Positions 36,359 to 45,562 of a DNA stretch of 64,000 bases are shown here, piece by piece. The stretch's first letter is position 1. Each line of letters starts with the position of its first letter. A program made the translations under genes and the position numbers. The notes under the pieces are model-generated. The model was not told where the DNA came from. It made no database searches and saw only the letters and a program-made list of their open reading frames with translations. This stretch comes from Planctomycetota bacterium (GTDB lineage: Bacteria > Planctomycetota > UBA1135 > UBA2386). The stretch is taken from NCBI GenBank assembly GCA_965662465.1, contig CBFIIO010000004.1, positions 67,500-131,499 of the forward strand. Direction: 5' to 3'.

Positions 36359-37486
36359 CTACTTCCAGGTTTGGAAGAACTGCGCATCCGACATGTGGAG
36401 TGTTCCGTTGCCCAGCGCAGCTGCCTGCACCACCACCTTCGCACCTGCAGGAACATTAGACAGATCCAGCGGCATCTGATGGCGACCAGGCATCAACATC
36501 GTAGTGACGCTCGTTCCAGGATCGATCAACAAGGTTCCATCGATCATCGGTAGCCCAGGACGAGCAACCATCATCGGTGCAATATCAATCACCAAGAGAG
36601 TTGGCACGGCACTCGTAACATCCACAATGCAGCTGTTAGAGCCCGACTGGTAGCTACCAAGCACCTCAACCTCAGGTGACATTGCAAGACCCTTGCCCCC
36701 AAGCAACACCGGACGAGCGTAGAACGTCATGCCACGGTGACGACGAGGACCGAAGATACCGCCGCCAGGGAAAGGCTGGGTCGCTCCAGTCTGCGGATCC
36801 ATGACGGTGCCGTTAAAGAACGAAACCATCGGCGCACCTGGCACGTTTCGACAAACAGCAATACCGGTAGCAAAGGGAGGAACAGGTACGGTTGGCGGCT
36901 GCGTCGTCCACGGGCCACTACTGATCGGGACCCGCATGATAGTGGCATCGTTTAGCACGACGACCAGATCATTGGTCCAAACATCGAAATCTAGTCCGGT
37001 AGCCATTCTACCTGCTGGCATCGGGATCGACTGCGGGGTCTGAAGATAGACACCAGCGGCGTAGTCATACGATCCGAGGCTGTAGCCGTCAGTGACGATA
37101 AGTGAGCTTCCCGAGGGATCGATTGGATCGACAACCATGCCAGTAACTTGGTTAAATCCTGGAGGCGCGGCGTAATTAGCAGGAGCGCTACCCGTGCCGA
37201 TGCTCAAGAACGGGATGGCGTCGATACCGTCAGCCGGGAATCCCGTCGTCGTAAACAGGATTCTGTGCACGTTGTCGGCAGCAATAGCGCCCGACTGAAT
37301 CAACATCGCCGGTGTCCGTGCAGCGAGGTTTCGCGTGCCCGTCACGGCGGGCGCTGGCGCACAGGCGCTCGTCGCAAACTCGCGTGGCAAAGCTGGGTCG
37401 TAGGTAGCAAGGCGCTGACTAGTGGCGCTGGCGGCAAAAACACTCGTGAAGGCAGTAACGAGCAATAGGTTCTTGGACTTAATCAT
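36359..37486 (-). CDS. secreted hypothetical protein
   Basis: Trimmed to ATG 37486 (MIKSKNLLLVTAFTSVFAASA). It ends with a double stop TAG TAG. Its C-terminal ~110 aa resemble the tails of three other secreted proteins in the window. Confidence 0.6.
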   Translation of the reverse strand: MIKSKNLLLVTAFTSVFAASATSQRLATYDPALPREFATSACAPAPAVTGTRNLAARTPAMLIQSGAIAADNVHRILFTTTGFPADGIDAIPFLSIGTGSAPANYAAPPGFNQVTGMVVDPIDPSGSSLIVTDGYSLGSYDYAAGVYLQTPQSIPMPAGRMATGLDFDVWTNDLVVVLNDATIMRVPISSGPWTTQPPTVPVPPFATGIAVCRNVPGAPMVSFFNGTVMDPQTGATQPFPGGGIFGPRRHRGMTFYARPVLLGGKGLAMSPEVEVLGSYQSGSNSCIVDVTSAVPTLLVIDIAPMMVARPGLPMIDGTLLIDPGTSVTTMLMPGRHQMPLDLSNVPAGAKVVVQAAALGNGTLHMSDAQFFQTWK

Positions 37487-37966
37487 AGCGAGTTTCGGGC
37501 TGTTGTTTTGCTTGTATGAGTTGGATGTCGAAACGCGATTCACGCTTCGCACACCTCGGAAGGACCCTCTGGTCGCATCCGCACGCAATCCGTTCAAAAA
37601 AACTGCTCAAAATGTTGCCCGCCATCGCCTGACCAGGATCCAACCCCTCAAGAGCGCCGATGCCAAGGCCCACATCGGCTAGCTATGGCTTGCTGACAGC
37701 CACCAAAGCAAGAGGGCGCCGTGGCCTACCGCCGTGCACACGGGGTCTGTGCCAATGCACCATTGGCAAAACTGCTACGCCGCCCATCGACCTCTCGCCG
37801 CTCGATGCTGGCAAGAAGACGTTCGAAGTCAGCTTCGACAAGTTGCGTGTCGCAGTGGACCGCATTCATTCTTGGCTGCCTGCGCATCCAGATCGCTAGC
37901 GCTTACGAAGGATTATGTAATCAAGCGGTGATGGCCTAACGACTACGCACCCTCACCTATCCGACA

Positions 37967-38359
37967 ATGTCTTGCCCAACAGAACAAACGCCTTCCAAAC
38001 CATGCGCTACATGTGGTCGCGAAATTACCTGGCGCAAAAAATGGTCGCGATGCTGGGAACAAGTCAGGCACTGCAGCCAGCGCTGTCGACGACATCGGCC
38101 GAGCAATCAAGACCTCGAACTGGAGGGAGCTATCATCAGTCTGCTAACCCGAAGAGCGCTTGCTGCCACGATCTGTCCGTCTGAGGCCGCGAAGACAGTC
38201 GGCGACCAGGACTGGCGCAGCTTAATGGAGCCAGCACGCGCCGCAGCCCGGCGGCTCCACGCACGAAAACAAATCGACATTTTGCAACGGGGCCAAGTCG
38301 TAGACCCTTCGAGAGCAAAAGGGGCGATTCGCTTACGCAGACGACGCGCGCAGCCCTAG
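37967..38359 (+). CDS. DUF2256 (zinc-ribbon-like) plus DUF3253 protein
   Basis: 130 aa. The DUF2256-like block is [30 protein letters not shown]. The DUF3253-like block is [10 protein letters not shown]...[20 protein letters not shown]. Confidence 0.7.
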   Translation: MSCPTEQTPSKPCATCGREITWRKKWSRCWEQVRHCSQRCRRHRPSNQDLELEGAIISLLTRRALAATICPSEAAKTVGDQDWRSLMEPARAAARRLHARKQIDILQRGQVVDPSRAKGAIRLRRRRAQP

Positions 38360-39143
38360 GACACCTTCCTAATCTGCTAACGCCTAGCTTGGCTGATGTT
38401 AGTGATGAAGGTGGGTCTACGAGTTCAACAAGCGTGCTCTTACTGGCAAGAGCGAACCGAACAAAGACCTAGAACATGAGCAATGCAACGATACCTAGAT
38501 ATCTTCGCATCGACTTCTGTCACAACTGCTCACCGTGCCCGCGCGGCAGTCGGGCGACCTCTACAGTCGACACCCTTCCCTGTTCGCGTCTGGCAATTTC
38601 TAAATGATTCAAACACGCAACTAGAGGACCCCTTGCACTCGCGGCTAACCGAATGACTTATTGCGAGGAGCGCTCGCTACCTTCTGGAGAGCATTACGCT
38701 GGAGATTCAGCTAGCCATAGCGACGAATCACTCGATGCGACCAAACCACCGAAGTTTCTTATGGTCGATCGCAAAGATATTTCACCCGTTTTTTCCACTC
38801 TAAGTAACCGGCCATTGCCGAAGTATGTGTCGCGATTTGATCCTGATTCTTTCCGCGCGATGACGCAAGCCAAGAGTCAGGCAATCCAAATCAACCGAAG
38901 ACTTGATGTATCGTTGCCATTGCAGATTTGCTCTTTCTTGGAATACGCATCCGGATGAATTGGACCAGTCACGAAAGAAGCTGCCAGACTCTGAAACGGA
39001 TACACTCAGACACTCGCCTAGCAGTTCGGCGATCAAATCTGAGGCATCTTTGCTGACGCTTGAGTCACGAGCCGATGAGACAATTCTCCACGACTGCCAA
39101 AAAGTAAGCTATACTGCGCGCCAACCATCAAACAACAGTCTTA

Positions 39144-40979
39144 GTGATGATCCGTAATGTACTTATCGCCGTTGGCATGGCATCGACTATCTGTGCGCAG
39201 GCCCCGATTGTGGTCGCCACGTCTCCGGCCGCCAATAGCTTCGCAGGCCCGTTCGACCGCATTGAAGTCCAGTTCGCAGCGCCAATTTCTGCAGCCACTG
39301 TGACCTCGCACAGCTTCGCGGTCTTCGGGCAATGGACTGGCGCAGTCGAAGGCACCATTACGCTAGATGCCAGCCAAACGGTTGCTTCGTTTCAACCGAA
39401 CAAGCCGCTGTTCGTTGGTGATGCGATCCAGGTCAGCTTGTCCCGCGACATTCTGTCGACGACCGGAGCACCACTAGCCGGAGGCTATCACTTCCAGCTT
39501 ATCGTTCGCTCGGCTCCCGGCTCAGGAACGTTTCAACTCACGGAACAGATTCCGTTCCGGATGCCAGGCGAAGGGTGGATCGCAACCTATGGAATTTTCG
39601 CTGGCGACATCGACCGTGACGGCTCACCCGACATTACGGCGATCAATGAAAGGTCACACGATCTGCGCGTATTCAAGAACGACGGTTGCGGCAACTTCGG
39701 GCCCATGACCCTGGTTTCGGACGGCAACAATTGGCCAAGTCCTCACCACGGCGCCGACTTCAATCGCGACGGATGGCTTGACCTTACCACTGGCGACTAC
39801 ACAGTCGGCAACCTGTCAGTCTTCCTCAACGATGGTCAAGGGTCTTACCTGCCACCATTCAACCTATCGGGCGGGAGCTTCATTCGTGGCGTTGTCACAG
39901 GTGACTTCGATGGCGATGGTTGGCCCGATATCGCAGCAGGCAATGGCTGGACAACTCTGGTTTGGTTGAATGATGGAACTGGTGACTTCCGACCACCGGT
40001 TGGATACACGAACAGCCAAAACAACTCGAATGCTGAAATCAACGTAGTTGATGCCAACGAGGACGGGTATCTCGACCTAGTAATGGCCAGCATAGGAACC
40101 CAACGTTCCTATGTTTTGATTGGCAATGGCGATGGCACCTTCACCCCCGACAACCAGTGGGTTTCCATCGGCGGCACACCGTGGGCTAGTGCTTCTGCAG
40201 ATATCAATGGCGATGGTCACATTGACGTATGCTATGCATGCCTGAATCCCGATAGCTTTCGCTGGTTGTTTGGCGATGGCGCTGGCGGCCTCGTAACCGG
40301 CGGCTCACTTCCTGCAGGTGGCTACCCGACGTCAGTGCACCTAACAGATATTGACGGCGATGGCGACATTGACGCCTCAGTCTCCAGCTACATTGGCGAT
40401 GACTTTCGCGTCTACTTCAATGACGGCACCGGCAACTTTGCATCACCAATAATCCTGCCAGCTGCCGGTGGTGGCGGCTGCACTACTTTGGTTGACTACG
40501 ACCGCGATGGCGACATAGATATCATCGCGGCCGACGAAATCTCAGATGTCGGCATGGTCTTCACACAGACCAACACGGTCGTGGCTGGGATTCAACAGCC
40601 CAGCTGCTTGGCAACCCTGCGCGTCGACCAACGCAGTGCCGGCGACGGCTTCGGCACTCGCCCGGCTGTGCCGGTTCGCGTCGGCAACAAAACTGCATTG
40701 TCGATGAGTGGCCTACCTGGCTCGTTTGGGGCTATTGCTATTGGCTTCCCAGCTGCCAACGCTGTTCCAATTGCAAATTGGGGTCTGATGAGCTTCGACC
40801 AAGCCCTGCCAATAGTGGTGATTGCATACTCACCACTAAATCTACCCGGTGAGTTCGTCACTGCGCTTGATGTGCCAGTATCAATACCGGCAGGGATCAG
40901 CCTGATGGCACAGGGACTGATGCTCGCTCCGGGCAGTCAGCTTTTGACCAACCCAGTCAAATTTATCCTAGTGCCGTAG
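39144..40979 (+). CDS. FG-GAP/VCBS repeat protein with N-terminal Ig-like domain
   Basis: 611 aa from GTG 39144 (ATG at 39147), with a signal peptide. It has repeated DxDxDGxxD motifs and shares the C-terminal tail type. Confidence 0.8.
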   Translation: MMIRNVLIAVGMASTICAQAPIVVATSPAANSFAGPFDRIEVQFAAPISAATVTSHSFAVFGQWTGAVEGTITLDASQTVASFQPNKPLFVGDAIQVSLSRDILSTTGAPLAGGYHFQLIVRSAPGSGTFQLTEQIPFRMPGEGWIATYGIFAGDIDRDGSPDITAINERSHDLRVFKNDGCGNFGPMTLVSDGNNWPSPHHGADFNRDGWLDLTTGDYTVGNLSVFLNDGQGSYLPPFNLSGGSFIRGVVTGDFDGDGWPDIAAGNGWTTLVWLNDGTGDFRPPVGYTNSQNNSNAEINVVDANEDGYLDLVMASIGTQRSYVLIGNGDGTFTPDNQWVSIGGTPWASASADINGDGHIDVCYACLNPDSFRWLFGDGAGGLVTGGSLPAGGYPTSVHLTDIDGDGDIDASVSSYIGDDFRVYFNDGTGNFASPIILPAAGGGGCTTLVDYDRDGDIDIIAADEISDVGMVFTQTNTVVAGIQQPSCLATLRVDQRSAGDGFGTRPAVPVRVGNKTALSMSGLPGSFGAIAIGFPAANAVPIANWGLMSFDQALPIVVIAYSPLNLPGEFVTALDVPVSIPAGISLMAQGLMLAPGSQLLTNPVKFILVP

Positions 40980-41328
40980 ATCGGCTTCGACAGTCAGTCA
41001 TGACCAAGCTAGCTAACAGGCTTTGCTTGTGAACGATGGGCAGGTCAACCAACAAATAGGCGTTTGCCCGACTCATCGAGATCCGACCACTCTAGGTGGT
41101 ATCGGCCCTGAGCAAAAAGAGCTTACTAGGACCGCAAACGAGGCAAACCTAAGATCGGGCAAGCAGGCGTTAACTACTGCCGCTGCCTGACCGAGACTCG
41201 TTAAGACAAGCCTGATCTAGGATGGATAACCTTCATCAAATGCAAATATCGCCTTAACAGTTTCTACATCTGCAATGCCTACAGATATGGCTCCTCAATC
41301 CTAATCCAAGTCTGAAAGCGATCTCAAG

Positions 41329-42672
41329 ATGAAGCCAAGAAGCTTAGCTGCTGCCATTACAATCCTTACTACATGTGGGCTACTCCCCGCGCAGGAGATT
41401 GCCACTCCTCAGAACGGCCAGAAGCAAGAAGCCACGAAGCCTAGTAAGGCCGAACTGGACGCAGCCGTTGAACGGTATTTTGAGAAGAACTCGATGGCGA
41501 GAGCCAGCTACAGCAGCAAAGGGTTTCGCCTTGAGTCCCAAGACGGAAACTTCCAGACGAACCTGCAGTGGCGTGCCCAGCTAAGATTCACGGAGCCCTA
41601 TCGAAGTGATCCGCGCCAAGTGGATGACTTCGAAAGCCCAGATGAGCGAACCTTCGAAGGCCGTCGATTACGGATGAAGATCGGTGGGCACGGATACAAG
41701 CCATGGCTCAAATACTACTTCGAGGTAGACCTACAGCCGACTCGCTCATCAGGTGCTTCTAGTTCCAACGCCAGCGCTCGCGTGATTGACTGGCGGATCG
41801 ACATCACGAAGAACAAGGCATTCGGGATTCGTGCCGGACAATGGAAGATTGATTACAACCGCGAACGTGTCGATTCGTCCGGTCGCCAACAGTTCGTCGA
41901 GCGATCCATTGTCAACCGGGTCTTCACTATTGACCGACAAATGGGTATCGGAGCGCGAGGTCGTCTCTTCGAAGGAACAGCCGCAGACCTACGCTACTAC
42001 GCGGGTGCTTTCACCGGCGAAGGGCGCGGTGTCTCCAACGATGACAACACCCTCATGTATGCCAGTCGCCTACAATGGAACTTCCTAGGGCGAGACCTGG
42101 GCATGCGTCAAACCGATGTCGAGCGAACTGAGAAGCCCACCGCAAGCTTCGCTCTCGGTGGTGCCACGCACACTGGTAAGGCAACGCGCTGGTCATCCAG
42201 CGGTGGCGGCAACCTTGACGGCTTCGAAAAGGTCGCAGACGCCGAAGCTGGGCAATACCGGGTTCACCAAGCAGTTGCTGAGTTCGCCTATAAGCACCAG
42301 GGATTCTCAACTCAAAACGAGTTCCACTGGAAGAACATCCAGGACACAACGCTTGCCTCTGGGCAAGCTGGCAACGACAGCGATCTCTACGGCCTCTACA
42401 CGCAGGTTGGCTACTTCTTCAATGAGATCTGGAGCGGCTTCCCTGAGCCACTCGAACTCGCTGCGCGCTACGCCTGGCTTACCGAACCAAATGCGGTAGA
42501 CCTCGCCCTCGAAAACGAGCGGCAGGAATTCACCATCGGTGCCAACTGGTTCTTCAACGGGCATAACAACAAGCTCACTCTGGACTACTCATACCTGACT
42601 CTCGATGACGAGAATCTCGACAGAAATAAGTCTGGTAGTCGCGTCCGCCTGCAGTGGGATATCTCTTTCTAG
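41329..42672 (+). CDS. outer-membrane porin, phosphate-selective porin O/P family
   Basis: 447 aa with a signal peptide. Family-like blocks are RRLRMKIGGHGYKPWLKYYFEVDL and AGQWKIDYNRERVDSSGRQQFVERS. The C-terminal residue is F. Confidence 0.65.
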   Translation: MKPRSLAAAITILTTCGLLPAQEIATPQNGQKQEATKPSKAELDAAVERYFEKNSMARASYSSKGFRLESQDGNFQTNLQWRAQLRFTEPYRSDPRQVDDFESPDERTFEGRRLRMKIGGHGYKPWLKYYFEVDLQPTRSSGASSSNASARVIDWRIDITKNKAFGIRAGQWKIDYNRERVDSSGRQQFVERSIVNRVFTIDRQMGIGARGRLFEGTAADLRYYAGAFTGEGRGVSNDDNTLMYASRLQWNFLGRDLGMRQTDVERTEKPTASFALGGATHTGKATRWSSSGGGNLDGFEKVADAEAGQYRVHQAVAEFAYKHQGFSTQNEFHWKNIQDTTLASGQAGNDSDLYGLYTQVGYFFNEIWSGFPEPLELAARYAWLTEPNAVDLALENERQEFTIGANWFFNGHNNKLTLDYSYLTLDDENLDRNKSGSRVRLQWDISF

Positions 42673-42887
42673 AATCTCGCTAGCGAGAACTAAGCATCGG
42701 TTCGTCGCCTTCTCGTCAACCCGACGGGAAGACCTGCTCATGCTTAAGAGATCGTCACTTGATAAAGCGGTGAACTCACACCGCGACACATAGCCTCACA
42801 GACGAACAACCTTCGGCCGGAACACGGCAACTGCGCAGCATCACGCGCGCCTATGCATTCGCTCATAGTAGAGCAGTGAAAGAACCT

Positions 42888-42941
42888 GCCCTCAGGCCAA
42901 ACTCTTGAGCGCTCCACGTGAGAGCAAGAGCACCTGAGGGC
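42888..42941. repeat. nested inverted repeat (54-nt stem-loop) in a 509-bp spacer
   Basis: The outer 9-bp arms are GCCCTCAGG (42888-42896) and CCTGAGGGC (42933-42941). The inner 6-bp arms are CTCTTG (42902-42907) and CAAGAG (42925-42930). The 11-mer ACCTGAGGGCT recurs at 43122-43132. Confidence 0.7.
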
Positions 42942-43181
42942 TGCGCGCTAGATAGCCGCGACAAGTCACCGATCATCAACCTATCAACCTGTTTACTGCA
43001 GGCGAATCGAGAGATCGTAGGCTGCCTCCGGAAAACACCACTGCATGCCAACATCAGCAAACAAGAGATCCTTGAGGAGCAAAACATGGAAGGACTAGGT
43101 TCTTTGTTTATCAACCAAAAGACCTGAGGGCTCGCCTTGGACCCAATTGCGTTGACAACTACCAGCCATAAGGGAAACGTC

Positions 43182-44159
43182 ATGACTGCCAACTTCACGC
43201 TGCCAAAACTACCACTAGCTACCTTGAGCTTACTAAGCGCTGGAGCACTGCTTGTCGCGTGCAGCGATGCCAACCAAGACGCAGAGTCGAGTCCAAAGCA
43301 GCTTGTCGAAATCAGCGTCAACAACTTCCTCAAGCATTGGAATGCAGGTGAGCCTAAGGCTCTATCGATGCTCTTCGCGGAAGACGCAATACGCGTGGTC
43401 AGCTCACAGCAACTGCCCGCCGTCGGTCGCGCCGCCATCTGCAAACAGTTTGAAGACGCAATGGCAGAGGGCACCCAAACCTCGACCGCAAAGCTGACGG
43501 CAAACGTCGCTACGGCAATGTCGATATCAGACAACCTGATCATTGCAGACGGCACCTTCAAGGTCAGCGATGAAGCTGGCGAGACCATACGCAATGGCAA
43601 GTGGGGCAACCTCTTTCGCCTAGTAGGCGATAAGGTCGAACTCGTTCTAGAGTCCGCACATGCTGAAATCGGTCTTGATAAAGACCGAAGCGTATTTGCG
43701 ACCATCGAGCGCGAGAAACCACCGGAGCCAAACATGGGTAGCGATAAAGATCTCGCTGCAGCAATGGACAGGAGTGCCGCTCGCTATAGTGCCGCATACA
43801 ACGCGGAAGACGCCAAGCTGATTGCCGCAGAGTTTCTTCCGGACGGCATGCGGATCGTTAGCACCTCGGCAGATCCCTCGCGGGGTCGAGAAGCAGTCAC
43901 CGCTAGTATAATGACAGAGCTTGCAGCGGGCAGCCCGTTCAAGGGCAGCACACTCAGCAGCACGCAGCTCGGCATGCTCAAAGTCTCACCGACTATCGTC
44001 ATCGCCAACGGCCTCTGGGAAGCCAAGGATGCAGAAGGTGGCCTCGTCGAGTTTGGTCAATGGGGCAACGTCCTAGAGATTCAAGACAACGGCGAGCTGT
44101 TGCTTGTGATGGAATCCGCCGGAGGATTCGCAAGCTTAGAGCAAAGCGACAACAAGTAG
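43182..44159 (+). CDS. lipoprotein with two SnoaL-like/DUF4440 (NTF2-fold) domains
   Basis: Trimmed to ATG 43182, with AAGGGAAA upstream. The lipobox is LLVACSD. There are two halves, each of the type FLKHWNAGEP...LFAEDA / YSAAYNAEDAKLIAAEFLPDG. Confidence 0.7.
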   Translation: MTANFTLPKLPLATLSLLSAGALLVACSDANQDAESSPKQLVEISVNNFLKHWNAGEPKALSMLFAEDAIRVVSSQQLPAVGRAAICKQFEDAMAEGTQTSTAKLTANVATAMSISDNLIIADGTFKVSDEAGETIRNGKWGNLFRLVGDKVELVLESAHAEIGLDKDRSVFATIEREKPPEPNMGSDKDLAAAMDRSAARYSAAYNAEDAKLIAAEFLPDGMRIVSTSADPSRGREAVTASIMTELAAGSPFKGSTLSSTQLGMLKVSPTIVIANGLWEAKDAEGGLVEFGQWGNVLEIQDNGELLLVMESAGGFASLEQSDNK

Positions 44160-44268
44160 CCCGTCTATGAGTAGTCATGGGTGTCGGCAGCAAGCGGACC
44201 TTGTCGACAACGTCGGATCTGCCCCACTACCGAGCTTGACTGCTCTGATTAGCTAGCTGGGACAAGGC

Positions 44269-44832
44269 CTAATCCCGAGCCACAGCCAGCTTGGTCGCGA
44301 GTTCACGGAGCTGCGCCGTATGGCGCTGCTGATGCAGCCCAACGAACGCGATCCACTGCTCAAAGCTCAACTCGCCAAGCACATGATGAGTTCGGCGAAC
44401 GCTGGTTGTATCAAGTCCATCGCCTGCCAACAGAACTTGACGTGTGCGAGCGCGCGCGCGCTCTAGTTTCAGCAGCGCCGCCACCGCCGTCATCGTAAAA
44501 TCGGGCATGGCAAACTGTGGTGCCTCCAGCGGCGTTGTTCGATCTAGCACCATCACACCATCGATAGACGCGAGCACTGAGCCGGTAGCGGAGACAGTAG
44601 GCAACGAACGATTTGCCAGGGCTTGACGCAGAGCCGGCTGCAGAAAGGCAGCGACCTGCCCTTCAGTCCGAGCCAAGTGAGCCGCGACGTTCGCAGCCGA
44701 CCAAATATTATCGGCCGGGCGACGGTCTCGCTGACCCTCAGGAATCGCTTCCAAGGCATCGAGAAAGCTTTTGGCCGCGACATCAAGATGCTGCAAGACT
44801 TCCAGGGTGCGGGCATGCATGCCGAGCATCAT
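44269..44832 (-). CDS. DinB-family (DinB_2-like) protein
   Basis: Four-helix DinB-like sequence with conserved His positions (AAHLARTEG, VGLHQQRHTAQL). The start is taken at ATG 44832. The track start at 44901 is a GTG that directly abuts the upstream stop. Confidence 0.65.
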   Translation of the reverse strand: MMLGMHARTLEVLQHLDVAAKSFLDALEAIPEGQRDRRPADNIWSAANVAAHLARTEGQVAAFLQPALRQALANRSLPTVSATGSVLASIDGVMVLDRTTPLEAPQFAMPDFTMTAVAALLKLERARARTRQVLLAGDGLDTTSVRRTHHVLGELSFEQWIAFVGLHQQRHTAQLRELATKLAVARD

Positions 44833-44901
44833 ACTGACTATTCGTGGATGAGGACTAGCCAACTTGCTGCTGCAGAACGTCAGCACACGCGATGCGGACA
44901 C

Positions 44902-45438
44902 TTAGGATGCATAGCCGCGCATGAAGCCAAAACACGAGAGACCAACCAGACAGCCGATAATCGCGCCCCACAGGTAGGGGTTTCTAACTTTGCGTATCGC
45001 AATCCAAAACCCCGGAAGGATATGGGATGGCAGATACCACAAATCCGTTAGCAGCTCGCCCAAGCCAGTCCTTCTACCTAGCAGCCAGAACGGGGCAGCC
45101 ATCAGGCTCAACAAGATGGTCAAAACGGCCGCGCAGCACATAGTCGCGACAGCAAACAAGACCGGAATGAGCACAAACCCGATCGGCAGCCAACTAAGCA
45201 AATGCAGGAGGAACTGAGGGTCCCAAACATCACAAAGCCACCAGGTACACCCGGACGCGCTTAGCAATGTTGGTAACCAGGCCTTGTAAGAACTGCTGAC
45301 GTCTGCAGCGAAGGTTGGCAGTGATTCCACGCGACAGTTGTCCGACATCATAATGCGTTTCGACATACAAACCGTATTCGATGCAGTGGACCTGAGATTG
45401 AGGCTTGATGGTGCGATATTTGCGTGGCTTCTATTCAA
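44902..45438 (-). CDS. hypothetical membrane protein
   Basis: 178 aa from a TTG start, with 3-4 hydrophobic helices in the C-terminal half. No family recognised and the start is uncertain. Confidence 0.4.
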   Translation of the reverse strand: MNRSHANIAPSSLNLRSTASNTVCMSKRIMMSDNCRVESLPTFAADVSSSYKAWLPTLLSASGCTWWLCDVWDPQFLLHLLSWLPIGFVLIPVLFAVATMCCAAVLTILLSLMAAPFWLLGRRTGLGELLTDLWYLPSHILPGFWIAIRKVRNPYLWGAIIGCLVGLSCFGFMRGYAS

Positions 45439-45562
45439 ACAGCTTTTCTACAGACATATCGAAATTCGGACTCTGAAGCTCGACTCCGACCATTATCGAT
45501 CATGCCATAGACGCAGACATGACGATTGCAGCCTTGCCTGTCACTGCATAGGGCTGGAGCTG

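Noticed and set aside
37598-37966. Several 60-79-aa ORFs between 37486 and 37967
   Set aside because: They overlap one another in different frames, are Arg/Ala-rich and carry no recognisable motifs. I treat the region as a divergent promoter region. The 7-bp hairpin at 37656-37679 is not positioned to terminate anything.
38653-39157. Track ORFs 38653..38958 and 38903..39157
   Set aside because: They overlap each other, have no family similarity and show atypical composition. The evidence is insufficient to call them genes. The region is reported as a long non-coding stretch instead.
42863-43735. 290-aa minus-strand ORF
   Set aside because: Its 3' two-thirds are antisense to the SnoaL-like lipoprotein gene, which has a lipobox, an RBS and a recognisable fold. 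The ORF itself is Ser/Ala/Leu-rich low-complexity sequence with no family.
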